Shown here piece by piece: positions 10,179-19,384 of a DNA stretch of 64,000 bases. The DNA is from Spirochaetales bacterium. Lineage in GTDB: Bacteria > Spirochaetota > GWE2-31-10 > MWDO01. Position numbers and translations under genes: made by a program. The notes below the pieces were generated by a model. That model saw nothing but the letters and a program-made list of their open reading frames with translations, made no database searches and was not told where the DNA came from. The DNA is taken from assembly GCA_017540815.1 (NCBI GenBank), contig JAFYAI010000016.1, positions 666 to 64,665 on the forward strand. The letters run 5' to 3'. The number at the start of each line of letters is the position of its first letter. Position 1 is the stretch's first letter.

Positions 10179-12327
10179 GCTCGCTCCTTGTAAATATAAT
10201 CGGCGACTTAATGAAATGATCTATCCGCAGCACATCTCTGCGATAGCCGTCATAGTCAGCCGGTGGGATAACAGTCACCTTGCGGACAAACTTTGATGTG
10301 AATGTGACCGTATCACCATCATCGTTCGCTGCGGACTCAAATTTGCCGCTGTATGAGAAATACTTATTATCAATGTTCAATTCTTCAGGCAGCCCTGACA
10401 GTGCCAACTCTTTCGGCAGGTGTAGCATAAGAGTGCGATTCTCACCGAATGTTGTTGCATACTTAATCGGATATTTGCGGCTCTGCAGCGTTGTCTCACC
10501 ATAATCGCTCTTAAACGGCAGGCGGAAGACCATATACGGTCCGCAGTCTTTAAGAATATCTGTCGCCTGATAGTTATACTCCATCGTAAAATCCTTAGTG
10601 AAGTCCCGACCGTCATCGTGCGAATAACCTGTCAATCGGCTGCCGGGATAATTGTTGCTCACTATCGAAGTGAAGAGCCCTTTGACTTCCGCCTCATTCA
10701 TACTGCTGAAATAATACCGCATCGATGACTCCCAGCTGCCGCGGTAGATATTAGTCTGCTTAACAGAGCCTTTGCCATCGGCAGCAACTGTAATATCGCA
10801 GGCAAAATGCTGAGTATTATATGAGACATCAGGCGGCTCGATCTCGCGTATCGTATTGAGGATAGGATTCCAAGCAGGTATGCCGTGATCATCCGATCGG
10901 AAATACGGATATTTGTCAGTAGTGCTTGTCGAATCAAGATATATCACCCGTCCGTCTGCAAGATGAATCTCATTAATAGCATGATTGCCGGCACGAGAAC
11001 CGATCTTATCATAAGGCACACGCGGATTATCATTGGTATAAACAATAACAGGATAGGCATCAATGCCGATGTCCCGCAGGATGGTAGCGAAGAAGATAGA
11101 CTTATCGATACAGTCACCGTATCTGTTGGAGAATGTCTCAGCCGCCGGATGACCTGCCATTCCTGAAGAGATACTCGTCTTAACCGAGCGGTAATGCACA
11201 TAATCCTGAACAAACCGATACAAAGCGGCGATCTTCTCTTCTTCCGTCTCGGCGTTAGCCTTGCTAATCACTTCGGCGACAGCAGCACGCATATCATCGC
11301 TGCACACCATCCGTTCCTTGAAGAAACCGCTTAGCCACTTAGACAGATAAGTCTGATCATTGAATGTGCTGCCGCTCAAAACAGGAAGAAGTGCAGCCTG
11401 CGGAGGGCATAGCGGCTCTGATACAAACGGCTCACATTCTCCGCGGCGGAATGTATAAGATGTATAGCCGCCTTTCGTCGATACTATAGGCTTGTCGCTA
11501 AACTTGCCGAAGTTGGATATTGCCCAATAGTATGGAACATTCTGTGGCACTGTCAGCGTCACTATCGACTCATAGACAGGCACATCCGTTCCGAAATACC
11601 AGCCTGTATAGAACTGATTGGGATCTTCAGGTTTCGACTCAACAGTCTCATAAACATAGTCGATGATCGAGCCGACTTCCACATTCGGGATAACAGCCTT
11701 CATAATATACGCATCTTTGCGGCCTGAGAAAAACTGCAAGCCCTGCGACGGATAAGTCCTTGTAATGTCAGAGTCTTTAAGATATGCAACTTTGCCGTCA
11801 GGTGAAATACTGCGTGCCATCAGGATCTTAGTCTCGTATTCACCCTCATTGTTGTAGAATGACAACTGAGCGTTGGACAGCTCTTTCTCATTGAGGATCT
11901 GCACTGTATATCGTGAGCGTGAATACTGCGACTTATCGGCATTCATCTTCAGCTCGCCCTCGTCAAGCAGCACAAGACGGCCGCTATCGGGATACTTGCT
12001 TCGCAGAATGCCGGCTCGCCGAATGAGTTCCGCCGGACTCACATTATCTCTAAATGTCACTGCCGGTTTATCGTCATTTTTAACAGTATTAAACCTTATC
12101 ACAGCGACATCTTCGGTCGGCACAACATCCCCATCTATAGTCAGAATGTTATCTTTATATATAATCCTGCCTTCACCGACTGTCGCCTTATCCCAGCCGA
12201 CAGCCTGATCCGCGGCGTTCGCCGCCATTGCAGTTATGATTATCATTAATAATGGAAGAAGTTTTTTCATAAAATTATCCTTGATTTTCTCAAGATATAA
12301 TATAATAAAAAATAAATAATTCGTCAA
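10168..12327 (-). CDS. Exported transglutaminase-like protein (DUF3857-type N-domain plus transglutaminase core)
   Basis: Signal peptide. Core Cys context GDCIDKSIFFATILRDIGIDAYPV. Confidence 0.75.
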   Translation of the reverse strand: MTNYLFFIILYLEKIKDNFMKKLLPLLMIIITAMAANAADQAVGWDKATVGEGRIIYKDNILTIDGDVVPTEDVAVIRFNTVKNDDKPAVTFRDNVSPAELIRRAGILRSKYPDSGRLVLLDEGELKMNADKSQYSRSRYTVQILNEKELSNAQLSFYNNEGEYETKILMARSISPDGKVAYLKDSDITRTYPSQGLQFFSGRKDAYIMKAVIPNVEVGSIIDYVYETVESKPEDPNQFYTGWYFGTDVPVYESIVTLTVPQNVPYYWAISNFGKFSDKPIVSTKGGYTSYTFRRGECEPFVSEPLCPPQAALLPVLSGSTFNDQTYLSKWLSGFFKERMVCSDDMRAAVAEVISKANAETEEEKIAALYRFVQDYVHYRSVKTSISSGMAGHPAAETFSNRYGDCIDKSIFFATILRDIGIDAYPVIVYTNDNPRVPYDKIGSRAGNHAINEIHLADGRVIYLDSTSTTDKYPYFRSDDHGIPAWNPILNTIREIEPPDVSYNTQHFACDITVAADGKGSVKQTNIYRGSWESSMRYYFSSMNEAEVKGLFTSIVSNNYPGSRLTGYSHDDGRDFTKDFTMEYNYQATDILKDCGPYMVFRLPFKSDYGETTLQSRKYPIKYATTFGENRTLMLHLPKELALSGLPEELNIDNKYFSYSGKFESAANDDGDTVTFTSKFVRKVTVIPPADYDGYRRDVLRIDHFIKSPIIFTRSEHVR

Positions 12328-12341
12328 GTGCGATTATAGAG

Positions 12342-12415
12342 AAAAATTAAACCGACATTCAAACCGACAAAATGTCGGTTTGAATGTCGGTTTGAATTGA
12401 CATTTTGTCGGTAAT
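12342..12415 (+). promoter_or_regulatory. Consensus sigma70 promoter (TTGACA 12387-12392, N17, TATAAT 12410-12415) overlapped by an 18-bp-arm inverted repeat built from the 12-mer aatgtcggtttg
   Basis: ccgacattcaaaccgaca aaa tgtcggtttgaatgtcgg, then ttgaca-N17-tataat. AGGAG RBS lies upstream of the ATG at 12457. Confidence 0.6.
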
Positions 12416-12456
12416 GGAGTATAATATAATAACAGCATTTTTCAGAGGAGAACAGA

Positions 12457-13794
12457 ATGTCAGAATACATTGAGTCAGAGACCATTGAACTGAAAGAAAG
12501 ATTTACAGATGCTATTTGCAGAGAAATTGTAGCGTTTCTTAACTCTGACGGCGGTCAAATCATTATCGGTGTCCGAGACAACGGAGAAGTTGTCGGAGTC
12601 GATAATATCGATGAGACACTGAGAAAAATATCTGACATTATAACTATGCGAATCGAACCTAATCCGCAGGATGAAATTCGCTCTGAGTTAAAGTTTGATA
12701 ACGGGAAAACGCTTATTTGCATCAAAATATCAAAGGGTGTTCATAACATTTACTGTCAGAAAAAATACGGTTTTTCTTCCGGCGGTTGTGTTGTCCGCAT
12801 TGGCACCACTTGCAAAGAAATGACTCCCGAACAAATCAAAATCCGATATGAGAAAAACTTTATCGATGATGAATACATGGTCAAGAAAAGATCATCAATG
12901 GGTAATCTGTCTTTTCGGGAGCTGAAGATATACTATGCCGAGAAAGGCTTCCATTTAAGTGACTCTTCCATAGAATCGAACCTGAATCTGCGAAATAAGG
13001 ACGGGCAATACAATCTGCTGGCGGAACTTTTAGCAGACAGGAATAATATCCCGTTTATTTTTGTGAAATTCAACGGCACTGACAAATCAGCCATTTCCGA
13101 GCGGAACGACTACGGCTATGGCTGCATTCTCTCGGTATATGAAAAACTCAAATCACGCCTTCAGGCTGAGAATACTTGCATTTCTGACACAACAGTCCGT
13201 CCGAGGAAAGACACTTATCTGTTCGACTACGACTGCGTAAACGAAGCCGTAATGAATGCGTTGGTTCACAATGATTGGACTATTACAGAGCCGCAGATCT
13301 CGATGTTCAGCAACAGAATTGAGATACTGTCACACGGCGGTCTGCCACACGGTATGACCAAACAGCAATTTTTCGACGGCATCAGTCATCCGAGGAATGC
13401 AACACTTATGCGGATTTTCCTCAATATGGGTTTGACGGAACATACGGGTCACGGCATTCCGACTATTGTCCGTCAATACAGCAAAGATGTGTTTGAGATA
13501 GCCGACAATTATATCCGCTGCGTCATTCCATTCGATGAAAAAGTTGCAGCATCAATCGAAAATGTCGGTTTGAATGTCGGTTTGAATGTCGGTTTGAATG
13601 TCGGTTTAAACAAAACCGAAAAAGCGGTACTGGCTCTGCTCATCGGCAATCCTACCCTCACAGCAGAATCGATCTCCGAACAAATCGGCGTAACGAAAAG
13701 AACGATAGAGCGTGCATTATCGGAACTGCGGCGTAAAGGCAAAATTGAACGACTCGGCTCCCGCAGAGACGGCAGCTGGAAAGTGGTGGGGTGA
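12457..13794 (+). CDS. AlbA_2 (divergent AAA / Schlafen-like) plus HATPase_c_4 putative DNA-binding regulator. These are often annotated as RecG-like.
   Basis: N-terminal ELKE…REIVAFLNSDGGQIIIGV motif. C-terminal HTH-like region. Internal GLNVGLNVGLNVGLN repeat. Confidence 0.75.
   Translation: MSEYIESETIELKERFTDAICREIVAFLNSDGGQIIIGVRDNGEVVGVDNIDETLRKISDIITMRIEPNPQDEIRSELKFDNGKTLICIKISKGVHNIYCQKKYGFSSGGCVVRIGTTCKEMTPEQIKIRYEKNFIDDEYMVKKRSSMGNLSFRELKIYYAEKGFHLSDSSIESNLNLRNKDGQYNLLAELLADRNNIPFIFVKFNGTDKSAISERNDYGYGCILSVYEKLKSRLQAENTCISDTTVRPRKDTYLFDYDCVNEAVMNALVHNDWTITEPQISMFSNRIEILSHGGLPHGMTKQQFFDGISHPRNATLMRIFLNMGLTEHTGHGIPTIVRQYSKDVFEIADNYIRCVIPFDEKVAASIENVGLNVGLNVGLNVGLNKTEKAVLALLIGNPTLTAESISEQIGVTKRTIERALSELRRKGKIERLGSRRDGSWKVVG
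13559..13610 (+). repeat. In-frame tandem 12-bp repeat (aatgtcggtttg, about 4.3 copies) encoding (GLNV)n
   Basis: Direct reading of 13561-13608. The same 12-mer occurs twice in tandem and once inverted in the gene's own promoter. Confidence 0.9.
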
Positions 13795-13830
13795 TTATTG
13801 GGGGCTGTCTCAAAAACCAAATATCTTAGA

Positions 13831-14250
13831 TTATATTATATCTTCATTAATATAAATCTTCGTCTCCTGCACAGTGCAGCTTTTCCGTGCACGGACAAGA
13901 AGCGGCTCACGAAAAATGAGGAGTTCTTTGTATCGGCCGGAGATACCCAGATCGTGCAAAACTGCCTTGACAAGCAATCGACCGCACGGAGCATTCATAA
14001 ACGGCTTGAAAGAATTCGGATGGAAGTCATCCCTGTTACGCCGCATCAGAATATCATATTTGTTCATCTTGTCGCCCCAAGTAGAAAACAGCTGCACCGC
14101 CTGTTTCAGGCAAAACAGACAGACAACAGCCTGCGGAATGACAAGCCACCATGTCACTTTATATAAAGGAAGCAAAGCAACTATTATTCCGCAGATTAGC
14201 ACAAGAATAGCGTATATATTAAGATATAAAAATCTCGCTGCCTTACGCAT
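13831..14250 (-). CDS. Hypothetical membrane protein (2 TM plus cytoplasmic domain)
   Basis: Hydrophobic N-terminus. 8-bp overlap with the upstream gene. AT-rich island. Confidence 0.45.
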   Translation of the reverse strand: MRKAARFLYLNIYAILVLICGIIVALLPLYKVTWWLVIPQAVVCLFCLKQAVQLFSTWGDKMNKYDILMRRNRDDFHPNSFKPFMNAPCGRLLVKAVLHDLGISGRYKELLIFREPLLVRARKSCTVQETKIYINEDII

Positions 14251-14689
14251 TGCCGACCTGTGCAGCAGCGATAGCCCGATAGAATGCGTCTACAGTCTTC
14301 TGAGCTTCTTTTGCATCAGAGCCGTTTAGCATCACTTCTGTCGTCTGCGTAAATGATTCATAATACAGATAATATGCCGGACAGAAACAGCCGCAAGTCG
14401 CCATCTTGCGATACCCGACTTCCTTTACACTGCTCGGCAGCAAATACTTCACAGTCGAGCTGACATTGAAACAATAACAAGCGATGATGTTCTTCACTTC
14501 AACGACACGGCGATTGGTGATGACCAAAAAGCCCCGCTCACGGTGACCGCAAATCTTGGCAATAAACTTGCGTACTGCACCCAAAGCCCTCATTATAGGA
14601 TTGCTGCTCGTTGCCCACAGCTCCGCCTCGATCTCCATTACAACGGATTCACCGTCTTCCAAGATTAAACCTGATTTTAATTCTGACAT
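14243..14689 (-). CDS. Hypothetical protein, possibly a bacterial PH-like fold
   Basis: The GFLVITNRRVVEV segment is weakly reminiscent of bPH domains. Otherwise no match. Confidence 0.4.
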   Translation of the reverse strand: MSELKSGLILEDGESVVMEIEAELWATSSNPIMRALGAVRKFIAKICGHRERGFLVITNRRVVEVKNIIACYCFNVSSTVKYLLPSSVKEVGYRKMATCGCFCPAYYLYYESFTQTTEVMLNGSDAKEAQKTVDAFYRAIAAAQVGNA

Positions 14690-14705
14690 ATTTTGTACTC
14701 CTTAT

Positions 14706-15362
14706 TTATAGCTTCTTTACTATATCATTTGGATTATTCCCATTTGGATTATAACATTCAAATTCTAGTCTTTTTATCAAAGGTTTAGCATTAGAGGCTA
14801 AAACAATCAATTCACATTGATAAACTTCTTTAGATAAATTATTACATAACGCATTATTCATAATTGTATTATTCTCATCATCAATAACAGCAAACATTGC
14901 TTCCGTTCTTAAAAACCCCTGCATATTATTATTAAAAAAAAGAAAATCACAGTACTTCTCTGCCTTCTTTGCTATTACAGGTGCAGTGGTCGACGGATGT
15001 TTTGCATTATCCTGAAATGACCAAATTAAATTCATCGGTAACACATTTTTGCAATATTCAAAATCTCCTGTTGATGACATTTTCTTTATCCAATGAAGAT
15101 AAACCTGAACATTTTTAGCCGCAGCCCGCCCTTTATTCTCAATTCTTATTTTAAATGAAGATACATCTGTTTGTTTATCTCCAATTAAAATAATTGTTCT
15201 ATTTCGATAAGGGAATACGGTATCCCAAGTCAATTTTAATTTTGGATGAAAAAATACCTTTTTAAGACAACTTTCATATAATGCAAAAAAAGCAATCACT
15301 ACACTTGTTACAGTTCCAATAGCCGTTAAAACTGTACTCAAAACATCTCCACAACAATTCAT
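14706..15362 (-). CDS. Hypothetical membrane-anchored protein
   Basis: One N-terminal TM helix. Very AT-rich coding sequence. Confidence 0.45.
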   Translation of the reverse strand: MNCCGDVLSTVLTAIGTVTSVVIAFFALYESCLKKVFFHPKLKLTWDTVFPYRNRTIILIGDKQTDVSSFKIRIENKGRAAAKNVQVYLHWIKKMSSTGDFEYCKNVLPMNLIWSFQDNAKHPSTTAPVIAKKAEKYCDFLFFNNNMQGFLRTEAMFAVIDDENNTIMNNALCNNLSKEVYQCELIVLASNAKPLIKRLEFECYNPNGNNPNDIVKKL

Positions 15363-15419
15363 ATTGAACTCCTTGATTAATATGCACCCTCAAACAAAGG
15401 GCGAAATCATTTACTTGCC

Positions 15420-16943
15420 CTACTGAATCCCAAACTCATCACAAACTTTATCAACAGCCAAGTTCCAGACTTTTTGAACACTTTCTTTAGTATAACCTTT
15501 AGAAGTTGAAAATTCGTGAATATTTTCAGGCTTTTTTGCAAGTGAGTTTTCAATAACTATATTGCGGCCACTTTCATAAATACGATATGCCTTATATAAA
15601 CCACTTCTTGTTCCAAGATATTCAAACTTTTTGCTTTTGACCTTATATTCACCTTTTTTTACAGTACCATTAGTATTCAGAATATCCCGAACATTATCAC
15701 AGAATTTTGAAATATAATTTGCAATCAAATCTTCTTCTGCTTTCTTCTCTCGTGCAATACGTTCTGCTTCTGCTTTTTCACGAGCGATGCGAGCTTTTTC
15801 TGCAGCTATCGCTGCTTTTTTAATCGATAATTCATCAAAAACATTTTTCAATGCGTTGTAATCACTCTTCTTAACATAAGTATGAGCCCAATAATCACCT
15901 GGTTCCACAGAAAAAAATAAAAATTTAGGTTCTACAGTATATTTATTAGACATAGATTCATTCGATACCTCTATAGGAAGTGTAAAATCACTGGCTTCCA
16001 TCAACAATTTAAAAGCCTCAATATTACCAAGAAGTATAGGAAGCACAAATAACATATCGGAAGAGCCAGAAAATCTACCACCTCTCTTCGTTCCAAGTAA
16101 CTTTATTCGTTTTGTCAAATCTACCCCTTTAGCTATATAATCCTTTACTATTGCAAGAGATTTTTCATAATCCATAGAAGTATTATAATTTGCTATAAAC
16201 TTCATAAATTCTATTTCTTCTTGACTTACTAAATGTGTACAATATTTTGGAACAATTTCATTTATAAAATATGGAGTAATCATTCCATCATAACTAGTAT
16301 TCAAATCATAAGAATCTGTAGCCTCTAACAATTCAATAACTTCTGGTTTATTGACAAATAGTAATAGTTCTTTCACCGGTACTTTATAACCAGATTTTAA
16401 ATACGATTTAATAGCAGACATATCACCTGTAAGAAGTTGATAATATATAGAATCAACCGCTGTTACTATTGGATTATATTGTAATAGGGTTAAAATAGGA
16501 ATGATATAATAAGATTTGACATCATAAGAGAACCAATTTGCTTCCAAAAAAGTGTCAATCGCTGTCTTATTGTTCTTCCATTTTCTATTTACATCATCAT
16601 ACTTTTTATCATACATATACACCACCTTATCAAAAGTATAGCCAACACGTTGATAAGAATAATATTCAGCAAAATAATTATGTGCATAATCAATCACAGC
16701 ACCCTTCTCCATAAGATAATCAATGCATTTCTTATACATTTCATCTTTTCCTTCATATATAGGCCAATTTTTCAGACATATTTCAAGCAATCTAGAATCG
16801 CCTTTTACATCATAGTCCAACAATTCTATCTGCTTCTTCATAGTATCAAAATCACCACTTGCAGCAGCATCTGTCAACTTGCTCGCCATCGCACCCCACA
16901 CACAACAAAACACCAAACCAGTCACTAATAATTTCTTCTTCAT
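15420..16943 (-). CDS. Hypothetical exported protein, 507 aa, with a coiled-coil KAEAERIAREK segment
   Basis: Signal peptide MKKKLLVTGLVFCCVWGAMA. AAGGAGG RBS. AT-rich. Confidence 0.5.
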   Translation of the reverse strand: MKKKLLVTGLVFCCVWGAMASKLTDAAASGDFDTMKKQIELLDYDVKGDSRLLEICLKNWPIYEGKDEMYKKCIDYLMEKGAVIDYAHNYFAEYYSYQRVGYTFDKVVYMYDKKYDDVNRKWKNNKTAIDTFLEANWFSYDVKSYYIIPILTLLQYNPIVTAVDSIYYQLLTGDMSAIKSYLKSGYKVPVKELLLFVNKPEVIELLEATDSYDLNTSYDGMITPYFINEIVPKYCTHLVSQEEIEFMKFIANYNTSMDYEKSLAIVKDYIAKGVDLTKRIKLLGTKRGGRFSGSSDMLFVLPILLGNIEAFKLLMEASDFTLPIEVSNESMSNKYTVEPKFLFFSVEPGDYWAHTYVKKSDYNALKNVFDELSIKKAAIAAEKARIAREKAEAERIAREKKAEEDLIANYISKFCDNVRDILNTNGTVKKGEYKVKSKKFEYLGTRSGLYKAYRIYESGRNIVIENSLAKKPENIHEFSTSKGYTKESVQKVWNLAVDKVCDEFGIQ

Positions 16944-16970
16944 AAGAAATCCTCCTTAAATAATATATAG

Positions 16971-17062
16971 TCTCTCCCAATTCTGTTTGCTTAGAAGAGG
17001 AATCATTTAGTTTGTTCTGTCAAGAACAAACTAAATGTGGTATACCACATTTCAGATTTTTT
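16971..17062 (-). repeat. Conserved leader element copy 1: two adjacent palindromes upstream of the 507-aa exported-protein gene
   Basis: tttgcttagaagaggaatcatttagtttgttcTGTCAAgaacaaactaaatgtggtataccacattt. Near-identical copy at 46836-46928. Confidence 0.8.
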
Positions 17063-17174
17063 TTAAATTTACGCTATAGACATACCATCAGTCCAATATT
17101 ACAATACTATAATATTTAGTGATTGTCAAGAAATAAAATACAATAGTATAAATTTACTTGACAAATGAGGTTTT

Positions 17175-17522
17175 ATGATGCTAAATGAACGAATAAAAGA
17201 ACAGCGGATATTACATGGGTTAAATCAGGTGGAACTTGCGAAAAGACTCGGAGTCTCCAAGCAAAGCGTGTCAAATTGGGAGAATGACAACATTCAGCCG
17301 TCTATAGATATGCTTATACGAATATCGCATTTTTTCTCGGTGAGTACGGATTATTTGTTAGGCGAAGACAATCGCAAATATATAGAAGTATCAAATCTGA
17401 CTAAACGGGAACTCAGACACATTCAATATATAATAAATGATATAGTACATGCAAAATGGGGGAAAGGCAAAAATATAAAACGGCATCACGCCAAATCATC
17501 CGATATTCAGGATCTTCAATGA
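17175..17522 (+). CDS. XRE-family HTH transcriptional regulator
   Basis: LNQVELAKRLGVSKQSVSNWEN helix-turn-helix. Confidence 0.8.
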   Translation: MMLNERIKEQRILHGLNQVELAKRLGVSKQSVSNWENDNIQPSIDMLIRISHFFSVSTDYLLGEDNRKYIEVSNLTKRELRHIQYIINDIVHAKWGKGKNIKRHHAKSSDIQDLQ

Positions 17523-17531
17523 AGAAATTAG

Positions 17532-17620
17532 TTTTCGATGCCATTTTGTACGGTTTCACATCATTTTTCGGTGCCATTTTTGACGGTTTTACTTGACTTT
17601 TCGATGCCATTTTGATACAG
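17532..17620 (+). repeat. About 32-bp direct repeat, 3 copies (ttttcgatgccattttgtacggtttcac-like), between the XRE gene and the ATPase gene
   Basis: Units at 17533-17563, 17565-17597 and 17598-17620. The last unit overlaps a TTGACT-N17-TACAGT promoter 7 nt before the ATG. Confidence 0.8.
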
Positions 17621-17628
17621 TATGAATT

Positions 17629-18951
17629 ATGGAATATTCAAAGCGAAATATAGACAAGATTTTAATCGAATGGAAAAGAGAACAAAACAGGAAACCTCTG
17701 CTTTTACGCGGAGCAAGACAAGTCGGGAAAACTTCAGCTGTTAGAGAATTGGCTAAAACTTTTAAACATTATATCGAGATTGATTTCCTTGCTCCTGAAA
17801 ACAGTGATGTAGCGAACCTTTTTACAGGAAATTCTTCCATAGGAGAATTATGCCAAAAAATCGCTGTTATAAAAAACACACCGATTGCAGAAGGTGAAAC
17901 TCTGATTTTTCTAGACGAAATTCAAGCGTGTCCCAAAGCAATAGAGAAACTTCGGTATTTTTATGAGCAAACTCCCAATTTACATGTAATTGCTGCCGGC
18001 TCTCTCTTGGAGTTTGCATTGGAGGGACTGCCGTCTTTTGGTGTCGGGCGGATTCGTTCGATTTTTATGTATCCTCTGAGTTTTGAAGAATTCCTATCAT
18101 TTCAGAATCTTGAAATGCTTCGCAGTGAAATGAATAATGCATCTGTGAAAAAACCGCTTGCGGAAATATTCCATAATAAACTTATAGAGGAGCTGAGGAC
18201 ATTCCTAATTATAGGCGGAATGCCGGAGGTCGTATCAACATGGTGTCAAACGCATGACTATCTCAAATGCCGTCAAATCCAAAACGACTTGCTCATTTCG
18301 TATCAGGACGACTTCGCAAAATACCGCAGAACTGTTCCGGCTTCAAGGATTCAGGAAGTGTTCCGTTCCGTTGCCGAACAAGGGCAAGGTAAATTTATAT
18401 ACAAACATGTTAATCAGACCCTGCGAACAGATCAAATAAAAAATGCTTTAGACACACTAATACTTGCCGGTCTTGTTTACCCTGTTACTCACACGGCAGC
18501 TAACGGCATTCCGTTAGGAGCAGAAATCCGAGAAGATTACAGGAGAATGATATATTTCGACACAGGACTTCTACAGCGTCAGCTGAATCTCAAAGCAGAA
18601 TCCATACTTCTGTCAGGAGACCTTGATGTCATCAACAAAGGTGCAATTGCCGAAACCTTTGTTGGAACAGAGCTTATGAAAGCAGGCTCATTCTACGAAA
18701 AAAACGAGCTGTACTGCTGGCACAGGGAACAAGCAGGCAGCAATGCAGAAGTTGATTATGTAATCCAGCGAGAAAACGAGATTATCCCAATAGAAGTCAA
18801 AGCAAGCAAAAAAGGCTCTATGCAAAGTTTACGGCAATTCTTGGCTATCAAACAACGACCTTACGGCATACGCACTTCTTTGGAAAATTTCTGTGAATAT
18901 GATGACATTAAAGTTTATCCTCTGTATGCGATAAAAAACTCACTTTTATAA
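17629..18951 (+). CDS. AAA_14 plus DUF4143 family ATPase
   Basis: Walker A GARQVGKT. Walker B IFLDEIQ. Conserved DUF4143 C-terminal region. Confidence 0.85.
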   Translation: MEYSKRNIDKILIEWKREQNRKPLLLRGARQVGKTSAVRELAKTFKHYIEIDFLAPENSDVANLFTGNSSIGELCQKIAVIKNTPIAEGETLIFLDEIQACPKAIEKLRYFYEQTPNLHVIAAGSLLEFALEGLPSFGVGRIRSIFMYPLSFEEFLSFQNLEMLRSEMNNASVKKPLAEIFHNKLIEELRTFLIIGGMPEVVSTWCQTHDYLKCRQIQNDLLISYQDDFAKYRRTVPASRIQEVFRSVAEQGQGKFIYKHVNQTLRTDQIKNALDTLILAGLVYPVTHTAANGIPLGAEIREDYRRMIYFDTGLLQRQLNLKAESILLSGDLDVINKGAIAETFVGTELMKAGSFYEKNELYCWHREQAGSNAEVDYVIQRENEIIPIEVKASKKGSMQSLRQFLAIKQRPYGIRTSLENFCEYDDIKVYPLYAIKNSLL

Positions 18952-18978
18952 CAATTTCAAAAAAAAACAAAATTCCTC

Positions 18979-19031
18979 TTGACAATCATACTGCAAAGTG
19001 ATATTCTATGAATATATGAACAGGTATTCAT
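18979..19031 (+). promoter_or_regulatory. Promoter (TTGACA-N17-TATTCT) with an adjacent 7-10-7 inverted repeat (atgaata…tattcat) as candidate ArsR/SmtB-type operator
   Basis: Direct reading. The palindrome at 19008-19031 lies just downstream of the -10. Confidence 0.5.
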
Positions 19032-19056
19032 ATAATAAGATATTCAAAGGATATAT

Positions 19057-19374
19057 ATGAGCGATATAAATGTAACAAACAATGATTGTCAGATAGATGA
19101 AGAAATTCTGTTTGAACTGGCTGATCTTTTCAAAGTATTTGGTGACTCGACGCGCATCAGGATAATGAATCTCATCGCCGATAACGAACTCGCCGTAAGC
19201 CAGATTGCCGCCAATCTCAATATGGAACAAAGCACGATCTCTCAGCAGCTGCGTGTTCTGCGGCAGAATAAACTCGTGCGCATCAGACGTGAGGGCAAGC
19301 AGATATTCTACGCACTCAATGACGATCATGTGAAGAAGATCATCCAGATGGGACTCGATCACATCTTGGAATAA
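19057..19374 (+). CDS. ArsR/SmtB-family metalloregulator (CadC-like)
   Basis: ELADLFKVFGDSTRIRIMNLI … STISQQLRVLRQNKLV winged HTH. Confidence 0.88.
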   Translation: MSDINVTNNDCQIDEEILFELADLFKVFGDSTRIRIMNLIADNELAVSQIAANLNMEQSTISQQLRVLRQNKLVRIRREGKQIFYALNDDHVKKIIQMGLDHILE

Positions 19375-19384
19375 GGAGGACACT

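Noticed and set aside
13559-13610. Short tandem array considered as a possible CRISPR
   Set aside because: 12-bp units with no spacers, no cas genes, and in frame inside a CDS. A simple tandem repeat.
17012-17030. TTGACA in the loop of palindrome B considered as a -35 box
   Set aside because: No acceptable -10 at 16-19 bp spacing downstream in gene orientation. A better promoter candidate lies upstream of the whole element.
17413-17610. 65-aa minus-strand ORF encoding a repetitive peptide (MASKSQVKPSKMAPKNDVKPYKMASK…)
   Set aside because: The periodic peptide is simply the translation of the 32-bp tandem DNA repeat. It overlaps the XRE gene 3' end and has no RBS.
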